A stretch of DNA of 49,828 nt from Candidatus Micrarchaeota archaeon. Its GTDB lineage: Archaea > Micrarchaeota > Micrarchaeia > Micrarchaeales > CABMGC01. A program made the position numbers and the translations under genes. The notes below the pieces were generated by a model. That model was not told the DNA's origin. It saw only the letters and a list, made by a program, of their open reading frames with translations, and did not search any database. The stretch covers positions 1 to 49,828 of the forward strand of contig JAKATZ010000033.1 of assembly GCA_021827925.1 (NCBI GenBank). The letters run 5' to 3'. Within the stretch, counting starts at the first letter, position 1. Every line of letters starts with the position of its first letter. This document shows, one piece after another, positions 9,801 through 18,712 of the stretch.

Positions 9801-10297
9801 CCTATGCGGAAGAGCTTCCTTACGTAGTCTGCAAGGGCCACAGAGAGTGCAGCGGCAGTGCCTCCCGCTCCGCGTATGGGTCCTGCATAAGCTATGGCAA
9901 CGTACTCTGTACCATCCTGGTTCCTGTATCTGGCGAAGCTGCTTATGCCTTCTGTAGGAGCCACAAGCACTCCTTCTGTCAGTATGGCAGTGCCCACCCT
10001 TACTGCAAGCTCCATCCTCTTTGTTGTTTCATATCCATCAAACTTTGGGCTTGTGCAAATCTCCCCTGCAACGTCGAATGCAAGCCTGCTTCTCCCCTGT
10101 CCGCTCAGCTTCGCCCTTATCAATTCCTCTATACCGTTGACATTTATAAGTCCTTCTACCCTGCTCGCGAGGTCAGGCGCAGGCTTTATCTCAACATAGC
10201 TCCTGGGATCGAATCCCTTCGCCCTTGCGTTCTTTGCCAGTTCATATTCCTTCTCAAACTTCTCGGAAAGCAGTTTGAAATAATTGTCTATGTCCAA
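6863..10297 (-). CDS. polC: DNA polymerase D large subunit DP2 (no intein)
   Basis: GPIRGAGGTAAALS, GGFRLRYGRSR, RRNCDGDED catalytic motif, zinc fingers. Probable TTG start at 10297, just after the DP1 stop. Confidence 0.97.
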   Translation of the reverse strand: MDIDNYFKLLSEKFEKEYELAKNARAKGFDPRSYVEIKPAPDLASRVEGLINVNGIEELIRAKLSGQGRSRLAFDVAGEICTSPKFDGYETTKRMELAVRVGTAILTEGVLVAPTEGISSFARYRNQDGTEYVAIAYAGPIRGAGGTAAALSVALADYVRKLFRIGVYKPTQEEVERAVEEIELYHTRAARLQYRPPDDDIRAIISNCPVCIDGVPTETIEVGVHRGLLRIKADGKQIPVTDRVRGGIALVTCEGIAQKAKKMLKETKGVGLDWGWLNNVIKADVKKSEEKQKSGKEMAFLDELVAGRPILSYPGHMGGFRLRYGRSRLTGIASKGVSPATMAITGSFIALGTQLKIDYPGKGCIAVPVDSIEGPFVKLRSGDAFRVNDAETAEKIKGEVTEILSLGDMLVTYGDFKKSNTQLRPSSYVEEYWDAELAAAGGDPVNHKELGFKDAFWLSMKHGIPVHPKFLFEFQGVGSAGLRKLAAALAAVLGGGNLFDIEEITLENDPEVKRVLELLNVPHRLVLGKAIVYGDYAQSLAASLGFADKEGVMVVPKSAAEAYPDDGDVLQQVNALAPFRIMKRSAFIGSRIGRPEKAKERLMKPAPHVLFPAGMQSKDRNLAKMYAIDSKKFGSSLEVELARYKCSSCQRIVDSPFCYDCQKHAIPERKCSGCGAIVEEDICPKCSSPANAWEQRKVDLVKAVSNSMKKLGINRLPDAVKGVKGLTNKDRIGEQLEKGILRAQNGVFIFKDGTARFDATDVPMTHFYPKEIGTGVEKLRSLGYDRDCFGNELTSDEQLLELRHQDVILSRRGGEYMLKVSRFVDQMLEGLYGLDRFYNAVSAQEMIGKLVVTLSPHTSCGVLGRIIGFTDANVGFAHPYTITARRRNCDGDEDTTMLLLDALINFSRDFLPAGVGGTMDTPLILTLNVMPDEVDDEVHALEVVRRYPLSFYEKSLSYPYPSEVNIEIVENRLGDKSVFDNLWFTHESSVAAIANSPRRSSYTQFKTMQDKVDAEFRLMDMIYAIDRRDAARRLILSHFIPDLIGNLHSFSKQSFRCSSCNAKYRRVPLTGKCAKDGGKLLLTISKGGIEKYLNMAIGLAERYGLDPYIRQRLYLVRDEIKNIFFGSEDQEHATSGQFNLGRYI

Positions 10298-10299
10298 TC

Positions 10300-11823
10300 T
10301 CAAACACCAAGAGTATTGAAGTCCACCGCGCCCATCCTGCCCTGCTTCGACTCGTAAACCGGCAGCACCGCAGGGGTTGGCATATGTCCAAGCTTTATCT
10401 GGTATGAGGTCCTTGCCTGCCACGTTCCGCTGTTAACTATCTGCGTGCCATGGTAGTCTGCATAGCCGTTCCTATGCAAGTGGCCCATGTGCAATATGTC
10501 TGGTATCTGGTCTATAACGAGTGAGTCGCTCTTCCCCGGTGTGACAGGATTGTCTCCGTATATTGGGGAGATATGCCGCATCTTGAGCACCTCTATCATT
10601 GCGCTCTCCGGCCTGGAATAGCTGCATCCCGGCACATTCCATATGACCGAGTCCAGAGAAGTACCATGGTAGGCCAGCACCCTCAAGCCATCAAGCATGA
10701 CATATCCTGGATTTGAGACAAAATGGACATTCTCCTTACTGAAATCCCCAATTATCTCTCTCGTAAGCATGGGCTGCGGTTCCGAGCGCTGTACAGCATC
10801 GTGATTTCCAGTCAGTACGAATATTTCAAGATAATCCGGCACCTTCGAAAGCAGATCAAACAACATCGAGTACTGCTTGTATATGTCTGGTATGGCCAGC
10901 TCCTTATCCTGCTCTGGATACACTCCTATGCCATCAACTAGATCCCCGCTTATGACAAGGTATTTTATCTTTCCAGCGAGATCCCTCTTCCTCTCTACTC
11001 TGCCGTTTATCCATTCAAGGAATCTGCTGAACTGCTTATCCAGAAAGAGCTTGCTGCCCACATGCACGTCAGAAGTAAACGCAATTGCCGTGTCATTCTC
11101 CGTGACCTTTCTTGTCCTTATTGGTATGTCAGGCCAGAGAACCTTGTTTGCAATTATGAACGGGGTGGCAATCTTCCCCTTCACAGCGACAACTTGATCA
11201 GATACGAGCTTCATCGCAGCCGAGAAGGTATCTGCCGCAGCACCTCCTTTCACATTCCCCTGTGGCTTTGTGAAGATGACTTTGACAGAACCAGTATCAT
11301 CCTCTATCGTGACCATGAGGTTTCCTTTCTTTGTTACGATCTTCTCGTACACCATGCCTACTATGCTCAGCTCCCTGCCTGTAGCGTACTGCCCTATCTT
11401 GTCTATGCTAGAGAGCATGCTTATGTTCCCTGTTCTCCCGCTCTCCAGTATGTTTCTCAGCTTGTCGAATCTGTCGTTGAAGTAAGAGGCAAAATCACTT
11501 ACCGAAGCCGATGTCTTTTCCACGTCTACATTCCTCACGCTGAACTTTCCACTGACCTCCTTTGCAAGAGGCATGTATTCAAGAGGCCTTGTTATCTCTA
11601 TCTGCACTGGCTTCTTCTCCTCCCCCTCCTCCTTCAGTATCTCCACAAGTGTTCCCTTGTCAAGTATCTTCAGGCCTTCCCTTCCTTCAAAGAAGGAGAT
11701 TATGTGGGCTGTAAGTGATTCTAGGTCTTTTCCCTTAACATCATCGTCGGTTAGGCTGGCATCTATGATGCACCTGCCGCTCAGCCTCTCGGCAAGCTCC
11801 ATCACAACCCTAACGCTCCCCAT
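10300..11823 (-). CDS. polB: DNA polymerase D small subunit DP1 (proofreading exonuclease)
   Basis: OB fold plus calcineurin-like motifs SDVHVGS, GDLVDG, GNHD, YHG, GHLH, NSGTWQ. Confidence 0.96.
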   Translation of the reverse strand: MGSVRVVMELAERLSGRCIIDASLTDDDVKGKDLESLTAHIISFFEGREGLKILDKGTLVEILKEEGEEKKPVQIEITRPLEYMPLAKEVSGKFSVRNVDVEKTSASVSDFASYFNDRFDKLRNILESGRTGNISMLSSIDKIGQYATGRELSIVGMVYEKIVTKKGNLMVTIEDDTGSVKVIFTKPQGNVKGGAAADTFSAAMKLVSDQVVAVKGKIATPFIIANKVLWPDIPIRTRKVTENDTAIAFTSDVHVGSKLFLDKQFSRFLEWINGRVERKRDLAGKIKYLVISGDLVDGIGVYPEQDKELAIPDIYKQYSMLFDLLSKVPDYLEIFVLTGNHDAVQRSEPQPMLTREIIGDFSKENVHFVSNPGYVMLDGLRVLAYHGTSLDSVIWNVPGCSYSRPESAMIEVLKMRHISPIYGDNPVTPGKSDSLVIDQIPDILHMGHLHRNGYADYHGTQIVNSGTWQARTSYQIKLGHMPTPAVLPVYESKQGRMGAVDFNTLGV

Positions 11824-11900
11824 AGCGACCAACAATTAGCAGCAAAATTTCTCTATTAATTCTTATATACTTTTGCAGCGGGATGCCCTCAAAACAGGAT

Positions 11901-12542
11901 TCACTGCATCGCTTCGCTACTTGGGCATATCTCCTTGAGGATGCACCTCGCGCATTCCTTCCTCCTTGCCCTGCAAGTGTCCCTTCCTAGCGCAATGAAA
12001 AGATTTGATACATTCCTCCATTCCCCTTCGGGGATCTTCCTCTGCAGGTCCCTCTCTATATTGTCTGCAAGCCTGTGCCTTGAGAGCCCCAGCCTCCTTG
12101 ATACTGTTATACAATGCGTATCCACGGCTATGCCCTCTGATTTCCCGAAGCCCTCGTTCTGTATCACATTGGCAACCTTCCTGCCGACCCCTGGAAGTTC
12201 CATGAGTCTTCCTATGCTGTCAGGCACCTCTCCTCCGAATCTCTCGATTATAATCCTTGCCGACCTCTTGAGATTCCTTGCCTTGGTCTTGTAATAGTTT
12301 ATCCCCCCGATCTCTTTTCTCAAAGTCCTTATGTCTGCATTTGCATACTCCTCGAAGTTCCTGAACTTCCTGAAGAGCCCTTCCGTTACTGTGTTCACCT
12401 GTTTGTCAGTGCACTGCGGAGAGAGTAGGACAGCAACGAATAGCTCAGTCATGTCGGCGTGTTTGAGTTCCGTATGCAGATCCTCCCCGTATCTCTCCTT
12501 AAGCAGCTTCAGTACTGAGGATACAAACGAACTCTCCTTCAT
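11901..12542 (-). CDS. nth: Endonuclease III
   Basis: LLSPQCTD, HhH LPGVGRKVA, VDTH, C-x6-C-x2-C-x5-C Fe-S motif. Start at ATG 12542. Confidence 0.95.
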   Translation of the reverse strand: MKESSFVSSVLKLLKERYGEDLHTELKHADMTELFVAVLLSPQCTDKQVNTVTEGLFRKFRNFEEYANADIRTLRKEIGGINYYKTKARNLKRSARIIIERFGGEVPDSIGRLMELPGVGRKVANVIQNEGFGKSEGIAVDTHCITVSRRLGLSRHRLADNIERDLQRKIPEGEWRNVSNLFIALGRDTCRARRKECARCILKEICPSSEAMQ

Positions 12543-12619
12543 TGAGTTACCAAGAAAAATCTGGCAAATACCGTACCAATCCTCCCATGCCTGCTGCAGG
12601 AATCCCCGATGGCACGCGA

Positions 12620-13570
12620 TCAACCCTTTCCAATTATGTCATCTATTGTACGCGCAACGGCCTCCCTAGAGCTGAATCCGGGTGAAAATCCGAACTCTCT
12701 GGCTTTTCTGTTGCTTATGAAGTTGTCGGTTATGTCTCCTGCCCACCCTTCCTTTGTATCTCCGTATTTAATCACCGCCCCAGGCGCTACTTTATCTACC
12801 ACCATCTCCGCGATCTCCCTGACGCTTATCTGGTCATTCGATGCAAGGTTGAATATGTTCTCACGCTCTTCAGATTTGCCATAAACGTGCAGTATGCCGT
12901 TTATGCAATCTTCTACATATATGTAGCTCTTTTTCTGGCCGCCGTTCCCGAGAACATCCAGATGGCTGCCGTCGCTTCTAAGTTTTTTGACAAAATCAAA
13001 TATGACTCCATGCGTTGCGTGCCTGCCTATCACGTTCGCAAATCTGAATATATAGAAATTGAACTTGTAAAGGTTAGAGTACGCGCTTATTAGGGCCTCG
13101 GAACCAAGTTTCATTGCACCGTATATAGATACTGGCTTCAGCGGCCCGTAATCTTCCGGGGTGGGCTTCACTCCCGCGTATCCGTATATGCTGCCGGAAG
13201 ACGAAAAGAGGATGTTTCCAATGCCATTCTCCCTTATCGCCTCAAGCACGTTGTATGTCGAGACTATTCCCTGCTCTATGGGATTCAGCGCCCCGAGCTT
13301 GACGTTCGGGTTTGCTGCAAGATGCACGACCGCGTCTATTCCCTTGCCTTTCATGGAATCGGAGAGATGCTGTTTATCAAGCACATCACCCCTGATGAAC
13401 TCGGCACCTTCCTCCACAAGCGCCGAAGCAAATTCCTCCTTTCCCGAGGAGAGGTTATCATACACTATCACCTTTGCCCCTTTCTGGAGAAGCAGCTGTG
13501 CAATGTTGCTGCCAATAAATCCCGCGCCCCCAGTCACAAAAAAGGCCCTGCCACCTATCTTCTCCATCAA
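12620..13570 (-). CDS. NAD-dependent epimerase/dehydratase (UDP-glucose 4-epimerase-like)
   Basis: TGGAGFIGS, HLAA, SSS, YGAMK (YxxxK), RFANVIG. Confidence 0.92.
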   Translation of the reverse strand: MMEKIGGRAFFVTGGAGFIGSNIAQLLLQKGAKVIVYDNLSSGKEEFASALVEEGAEFIRGDVLDKQHLSDSMKGKGIDAVVHLAANPNVKLGALNPIEQGIVSTYNVLEAIRENGIGNILFSSSGSIYGYAGVKPTPEDYGPLKPVSIYGAMKLGSEALISAYSNLYKFNFYIFRFANVIGRHATHGVIFDFVKKLRSDGSHLDVLGNGGQKKSYIYVEDCINGILHVYGKSEERENIFNLASNDQISVREIAEMVVDKVAPGAVIKYGDTKEGWAGDITDNFISNRKAREFGFSPGFSSREAVARTIDDIIGKG

Positions 13571-13576
13571 AATCCC

Positions 13577-14842
13577 TTATCCGGGAGAACCCTCCGCTCC
13601 GAGCTCCGGCGGTTTTCCAGTGAATCCCTTTGTTATGTACCTATAGAGCCACGCCTCCTTCTTCGAAGCCTCGCTGTTTTCGCTCCTATTCCAGTACACG
13701 TTTGGCATGAGTAGGCTCTTCTTTCTTATCCACACGCTCCTGTATCTGTCAAGATCCTTTATTATCTCCCTTATCTGTCCATCTACGCTGTGTTTCGGTT
13801 TAAACCCCACGCTAGGGAGCTTTTCGTGCACAACTTCGTAGTAGTGCTCCTGCTTCTCGACTCTTGGATTTTCAACAGTCTCGAACGTGGACTCGAACCC
13901 AAGCTCCTCTCCTATCTTCTTCACCTTCTCGGCAAGCTCGTAGGTATTGTAGGTCCTGTCCAGCTGGTTGACTATTCTGTATTCACCCTCCGCTGGTGGG
14001 TTCTCGGTCAACAGGAAGAGAGCGCTTATGCTGTCTTCAAGTGAAAGGAAACCCCTTGTCATGAGCCCCTTCCCGTATATCAGCAGCTTCTTAAGGGCTA
14101 TGAGCTGGGCGCAGTACTTATTTATGACAGTGCCCCAGATGGAGTCTATGTCTAGCCTTGTAAGGAGGCCCTCGTCTATCATCTCCGCTGTCCTGTTTCC
14201 ATACACAACTCCCTGCATGACATCGGTGGCCCTCAGTCCCCACACCCTGTTTGCGAACGCTACATTGTAGCTGTCGAATATCTTGCTCTGGTGGTACCAT
14301 GAACCACCCATCCTTGGCACGGTTATCTTGTCTTTCCTGCCTTTGTATTCGATATCCATGAATCCCTCCTCTATGGCTATGTTTGGGGTGCCGTACTCTC
14401 CCATCGATCCCATCTTCAGCAGATGGGCTTTTGGTGCGTACTTGTGCATGGCAAATAAGAGGTTCAGATTGCTAGACACGTTGTTAACCTGCGTGTAAAG
14501 CGCATGGGTAGTTGATATTTGCGAATAAGGCGCACTTCTCTGTTGGGCAAGGTGTATTATCGTTTCAGGCTTGTACTTCCTTATCAATGCCTCTACGAAA
14601 GCGGGGTGCTTGAGGTCCCCTTCTATCACATGCATCTTCTTCCCTGGATAATGCTTCTCAAAGCGCTGCGCACGTTCTTTCAGGTCAGCGCCTATGGGCA
14701 TCGCGGAGATGCCGCCCACGTCCGCAACAAGCCTGCGCGTTGCGTAGTTATCCACAACCACGACCTCTCCATACGCATTCGCCATTTTCATTGAAAGAGG
14801 CCATCCTATGTATCCATCAGCTCCCAGTATCATTGCCTTCAT
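13577..14842 (-). CDS. agl3: UDP-sulfoquinovose synthase (SqdB/SQD1/Agl3 family)
   Basis: LGADGYIGWP, QQRSAPYS, KMGSMGEYGTPN, SWYHQSK, TDVMQGVVYG, ENPRVEKQEHYY: family-specific motifs. Confidence 0.93.
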   Translation of the reverse strand: MKAMILGADGYIGWPLSMKMANAYGEVVVVDNYATRRLVADVGGISAMPIGADLKERAQRFEKHYPGKKMHVIEGDLKHPAFVEALIRKYKPETIIHLAQQRSAPYSQISTTHALYTQVNNVSSNLNLLFAMHKYAPKAHLLKMGSMGEYGTPNIAIEEGFMDIEYKGRKDKITVPRMGGSWYHQSKIFDSYNVAFANRVWGLRATDVMQGVVYGNRTAEMIDEGLLTRLDIDSIWGTVINKYCAQLIALKKLLIYGKGLMTRGFLSLEDSISALFLLTENPPAEGEYRIVNQLDRTYNTYELAEKVKKIGEELGFESTFETVENPRVEKQEHYYEVVHEKLPSVGFKPKHSVDGQIREIIKDLDRYRSVWIRKKSLLMPNVYWNRSENSEASKKEAWLYRYITKGFTGKPPELGAEGSPG

Positions 14843-14908
14843 AAAATCAACCTATAAGTATTACGGTAAAATGATATCAATTCGCATATAAAAACGTTTG
14901 CGCCAGCA

Positions 14909-16369
14909 CTACCGCCTGTAATTTTTGGATATGAATCCCGCTATATCGAGTATGCCCAGCCTGTTGCCTCTTGCAAGCCCCTTCGGGTAGCATCCGAATA
15001 TCCCCTGTCTCGTATGGTCTCCCCTCTTCGGCGCTTCGGGTTTCATGAATCTGCTGCTTTCCGAGAAATTGAATATGTCTATGGTATAGCCTTCCCCGGC
15101 CTCAGCGAAAAGGTCTGGCGCCATAAACTTTCTCGTGCCTTTATAGTATTCCTGTGCATCGTAAACCGAGACAATTAGCTTCTTTCCTTCCGGATCCCTG
15201 AGCTTCTGCAATTCTGCCTTCAATACCCTCTTTATCTTCTCCTTCTCAGTATCATCAACAAATCCCTGCTCGAACCTTTTGTCATTTATCCATATTGTGC
15301 ATACGTTTATGTTAGATATTGCCGCGAATGCCTTTGTTTTCTCCATGTTAAAGTCGAACAGGTGCATTCTTGCGTATCTACCTCCGCCTCCTGAGAAAAG
15401 CCTTCCTGCCGAAGAGAAGACTGCACGTTTTGCCGCATGTGGCAGTCTATCATAGGTCTTCCTAAGCCCTGTCTTGAGCAGCATCTCCCTTAGCTCGTAT
15501 GGCAGCCTCCCCTTCTCTGTTCCGTCTTCAGCTTGCCTGCTTTTAAGTGTGATGTATCCTTTCTCCAGAAGCCACGAATTGACCAAGAATTTCTCCTTTA
15601 TGGGCTGCGCCCCATGGTCCGAGACAATCATCATCCCTTCGCCCCGTCGTCCGGCCCTCTCCATCACGAACCCAATATACTTATCTATCTCCATGTATAT
15701 TGGCAATAGCAATCTTTCCATCTCTTTCATGTTCATTACAAAATGTTGAATCCTGTCCGTTTCGGTAAAACACACGTAAGTGAAGTCGTACTTTTCCGAG
15801 CCTATCGCTTCCATTGCCAGTTCTGCTCTATCATGGACGCTTTTTGTGAATATCGCTGCTCCCTCCTCAACATCCATCCTGCCCTCCTTCATGTCTTTTT
15901 CTATCTCCGGTTCGCCGTAAAAACCGTGCTTTTTCATAAGCCTGCGGAGGAAAGAGCTTTCGGTCTTTGCCTTAAGCGGAAATCCCGTAATCAAGTCTAT
16001 GTTTCTGTATCCTGGCAGCCTTGTCTCCATTGCTGGGGTTATGATGAGGCATCTGAATCCGCTATCCGCAATATTCTTCCAGAACGGCGGGCACGAAACA
16101 GAATCATACTCGGCAAGGTCCGGGGTGTAATCCTTCCTCATCTCAAAGAAGTCAGGCACACCGTGCTCTCCCGGAGGCAGTCCCGTGTATATGCTGGGCC
16201 ATGCTGCTCCTGTCATTGGGGGAAGAGTGGATTCCATCTCGGATATAAGCCCCGCTGTGAGAAGCTTCCTGAAATTTTCCATCCCCTTAAACCTGCTCAG
16301 CTTATGGATAAGCCAGAGAGGTGCGGCGTCTATGCCAATAAGATGCAGCTTCCTTCTATTCATTTCCAA
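14909..16369 (-). CDS. Alkaline phosphatase superfamily protein (type I phosphodiesterase / nucleotide pyrophosphatase-like)
   Basis: IGIDAA, STLPPMTGAAWPSIYTG (Thr nucleophile), ETDRIQH, VSDHG, GDH metal ligands; no signal peptide seen. Confidence 0.88.
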   Translation of the reverse strand: MEMNRRKLHLIGIDAAPLWLIHKLSRFKGMENFRKLLTAGLISEMESTLPPMTGAAWPSIYTGLPPGEHGVPDFFEMRKDYTPDLAEYDSVSCPPFWKNIADSGFRCLIITPAMETRLPGYRNIDLITGFPLKAKTESSFLRRLMKKHGFYGEPEIEKDMKEGRMDVEEGAAIFTKSVHDRAELAMEAIGSEKYDFTYVCFTETDRIQHFVMNMKEMERLLLPIYMEIDKYIGFVMERAGRRGEGMMIVSDHGAQPIKEKFLVNSWLLEKGYITLKSRQAEDGTEKGRLPYELREMLLKTGLRKTYDRLPHAAKRAVFSSAGRLFSGGGGRYARMHLFDFNMEKTKAFAAISNINVCTIWINDKRFEQGFVDDTEKEKIKRVLKAELQKLRDPEGKKLIVSVYDAQEYYKGTRKFMAPDLFAEAGEGYTIDIFNFSESSRFMKPEAPKRGDHTRQGIFGCYPKGLARGNRLGILDIAGFISKNYRR

Positions 16370-16374
16370 TAGAA

Positions 16375-17460
16375 CTACCTCTTGGAACGCAGCCCGTTTA
16401 TTATCCTCATGTAAGACTCCATATTCCTGTCAGCGTCAAAATCCTTGGAATACGAAAGAGCGTTTTTTGAAAGCCGTTTCCTGAGATCGCTGTCCTTGTA
16501 GAGCCTGATGAATTTCCTTGCAAAATCCTCCAGATTTCCGTACTCGTAAACGAGGCCGTTGTATCCGTCTTTGACGATGTGCCGTCTCGGCCTGTAGCTG
16601 ACAACAGTGTCGTTCTTCGTATTGACTAGAAGCGGAAGTCCGCAGGCCATGGCCTCAACAAAAGTCCTGCTCATTCCTTCCCACTCCGACGCAGATACAA
16701 AGAAAGGCGCCGTGTTATAAATCCTGACGAGTCTCTCTTCATCAACGTAACCTTCGAACCTAACGTTTCCCTCAAGTGCAAAATCTGAAACAAGCTTTCT
16801 GTATCTCTCCTCATGGGGTCCGGTGCCTATTATGCTGATAAGCCTTTTTCCATCAAGCCCTCCAAGTTTCCTGGCTCTTTCCATCCCTCTTATCAGGAAG
16901 CTTACCTTCTTCTGCCTCTCGTCCAGCCTGCCTACGTATATTGCACCTTCCATGCTTCTACGCTCTCCTGTATTTTTAAATACTTTATTTGGGGCGATAG
17001 GTACGTACTCTATCCTTGTGCGCTTGCCGAAGAACATTCTGGCATTCTCGCATTGTTCCGCGGATATCGCTACGTAGCAGTCCAGCCACTTTCTCATCTC
17101 ATGCATGAAATGTTGCCTGAGAAGCATCTTCGGCAAAAGCTTCTTAATTCCGGAATTGCTGAAATTAAGGAGGACGTTTCCCCTGTCAGTGTATATGAAC
17201 TTCGGCTGCCTTCCCTTTCCTATGATATACTTGCTTATGAATGGCACGTCCCGTATGGAATTTATCATGACAATATCATATCCGCCGCCCAGCTTTTCAG
17301 CAGCAACGGATTTCACATCGGGGTCTATCCTCGAGTAATCTGCAAAAACCTCAACATTGTATCCTTTCTGCCTTTTGAGGTATCTGTACATGTCGTACGT
17401 GGCTTTTGCCGCACCTCCGAAAGTTTTGAAGGATCCAGATTCCATCACAAGTATCTTCAT
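16375..17460 (-). CDS. GT4 family glycosyltransferase
   Basis: FGGA, YVGRL...KK, EGMSRTFVEAMACGLP (E-x7-E), NGLVY. Confidence 0.92.
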   Translation of the reverse strand: MKILVMESGSFKTFGGAAKATYDMYRYLKRQKGYNVEVFADYSRIDPDVKSVAAEKLGGGYDIVMINSIRDVPFISKYIIGKGRQPKFIYTDRGNVLLNFSNSGIKKLLPKMLLRQHFMHEMRKWLDCYVAISAEQCENARMFFGKRTRIEYVPIAPNKVFKNTGERRSMEGAIYVGRLDERQKKVSFLIRGMERARKLGGLDGKRLISIIGTGPHEERYRKLVSDFALEGNVRFEGYVDEERLVRIYNTAPFFVSASEWEGMSRTFVEAMACGLPLLVNTKNDTVVSYRPRRHIVKDGYNGLVYEYGNLEDFARKFIRLYKDSDLRKRLSKNALSYSKDFDADRNMESYMRIINGLRSKR

Positions 17461-17468
17461 GAATCTCC

Positions 17469-18686
17469 CTACTCTACCAATCCTATCCCTGAAAAGCTCC
17501 CATTGCTATAGATCATGAACCTGCCAAGCTCAGGTATTCTCCTGAATTGCGCATAGACTAAAGGCCTAACAGTCTCTATCTCAGCATAAGCCGTGTTCTG
17601 CATAGGGATGATCCTTGCCTTCCCTGTTCTCTTCCCTGTCATTATGTCGGTGGTTTCGATTACTTTAATCGCAGCACATTCCGAAGCAATCCCATTCATC
17701 TTAATCGAAACATCGCCGGAGATATCCGAGACTATGAATATCCTGGCTTTTAACGCAACTGAAGACTCTATGCCTGCTCCCTGTGAGGAGATCACGCTAC
17801 CCCTTACCTCAGAGCTTATTCTCTCTTCCGGGACAAATGCTATGTTCTCCCCCTTCAGCGCACTCTCCTTCTTCTGTTCCCCTACAAAAAGTTCTGTTAT
17901 TCTCATGACACTTCCCTGCGGCATCAGGCTAAGCTCCTCCCCCTCCATTATTTTCCCCGCCACTACCCTGCCCATTACGATCCCCTTTTCACGGTCAAGG
18001 AATCCTCTCAGCGTGGCGACACCTTCTTTCTGTGCATCTCCATTGTCGACCGATTTCCATGAAAGCAGCTCCACAAGCACAGTGCCATTATACCATCGCA
18101 TATTGCCCGATGGCCGGCATAGATTCTCTGCATTATACGCTGATACTGGCACAAAGAAAATCTCCCGGAAGGATATGCCAACCTTCATGATATACTCCTC
18201 AATCTCCCTCTTTGTATTCTCAAATATCCTATCACTGTATCCTACAGCATCCATCTTGTTTATCGCTACGACAAGCTTCCTTATTCCTAGCATGCTGGCT
18301 ATGAAAAGATGTCTCCTTGACTGCTCTGTAAATCCTTCTATTTCCCTGGCTGATACTATCAGTAGCGCAGAGTCTGCATAGGAAGCCCCGCTCATCATGT
18401 TCTTGATAAGCTCTTCATGCCCTGGGACATCGATGAACTCAATTCTTGATCCTTTGTAAGTCAAATACGCCCTTGTGGTGTCTATCGTCATCTCGTTTTT
18501 TCTTTCTTCCTCGAAGCTATCCAAAATGTAGCCTGGCTCAAACTTCCTGCCTAAGGATTCACTCGTTTTCCTTGCATCGTCTACCCTCTGCGCGGTGACG
18601 GCGCCTGTCTCCATGAGCAAGCTTCCGATAAGGGTGGACTTTCCATGGTCCTTGTTTCCCAGCACTACTATCCTGCTTTCCATCAA
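17469..18686 (-). CDS. cysN: Sulfate adenylyltransferase subunit 1 (GTPase), no fused APS-kinase domain
   Basis: GNKDHGKST, TIDT, DVPGH, NKMD, EQSRRH, ELGRF; adjacent to cysD; 405 aa only. Confidence 0.88.
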   Translation of the reverse strand: MMESRIVVLGNKDHGKSTLIGSLLMETGAVTAQRVDDARKTSESLGRKFEPGYILDSFEEERKNEMTIDTTRAYLTYKGSRIEFIDVPGHEELIKNMMSGASYADSALLIVSAREIEGFTEQSRRHLFIASMLGIRKLVVAINKMDAVGYSDRIFENTKREIEEYIMKVGISFREIFFVPVSAYNAENLCRPSGNMRWYNGTVLVELLSWKSVDNGDAQKEGVATLRGFLDREKGIVMGRVVAGKIMEGEELSLMPQGSVMRITELFVGEQKKESALKGENIAFVPEERISSEVRGSVISSQGAGIESSVALKARIFIVSDISGDVSIKMNGIASECAAIKVIETTDIMTGKRTGKARIIPMQNTAYAEIETVRPLVYAQFRRIPELGRFMIYSNGSFSGIGLVE

Positions 18687-18712
18687 TCACAACCCGAAAT
18701 CCGGACACGCCT

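Noticed and set aside
6863..10423. Intein in PolD DP2, and the 42-aa N-terminal extension from 10423
   Set aside because: Length and contiguous motifs leave no room for an intein; the extension overlaps DP1 out of frame.
17469..18686. EF-1alpha / HBS1 call
   Set aside because: Adjacent cysD and CysN-like motifs (TIDT, EQSRRH, ELGRF) favour CysN.
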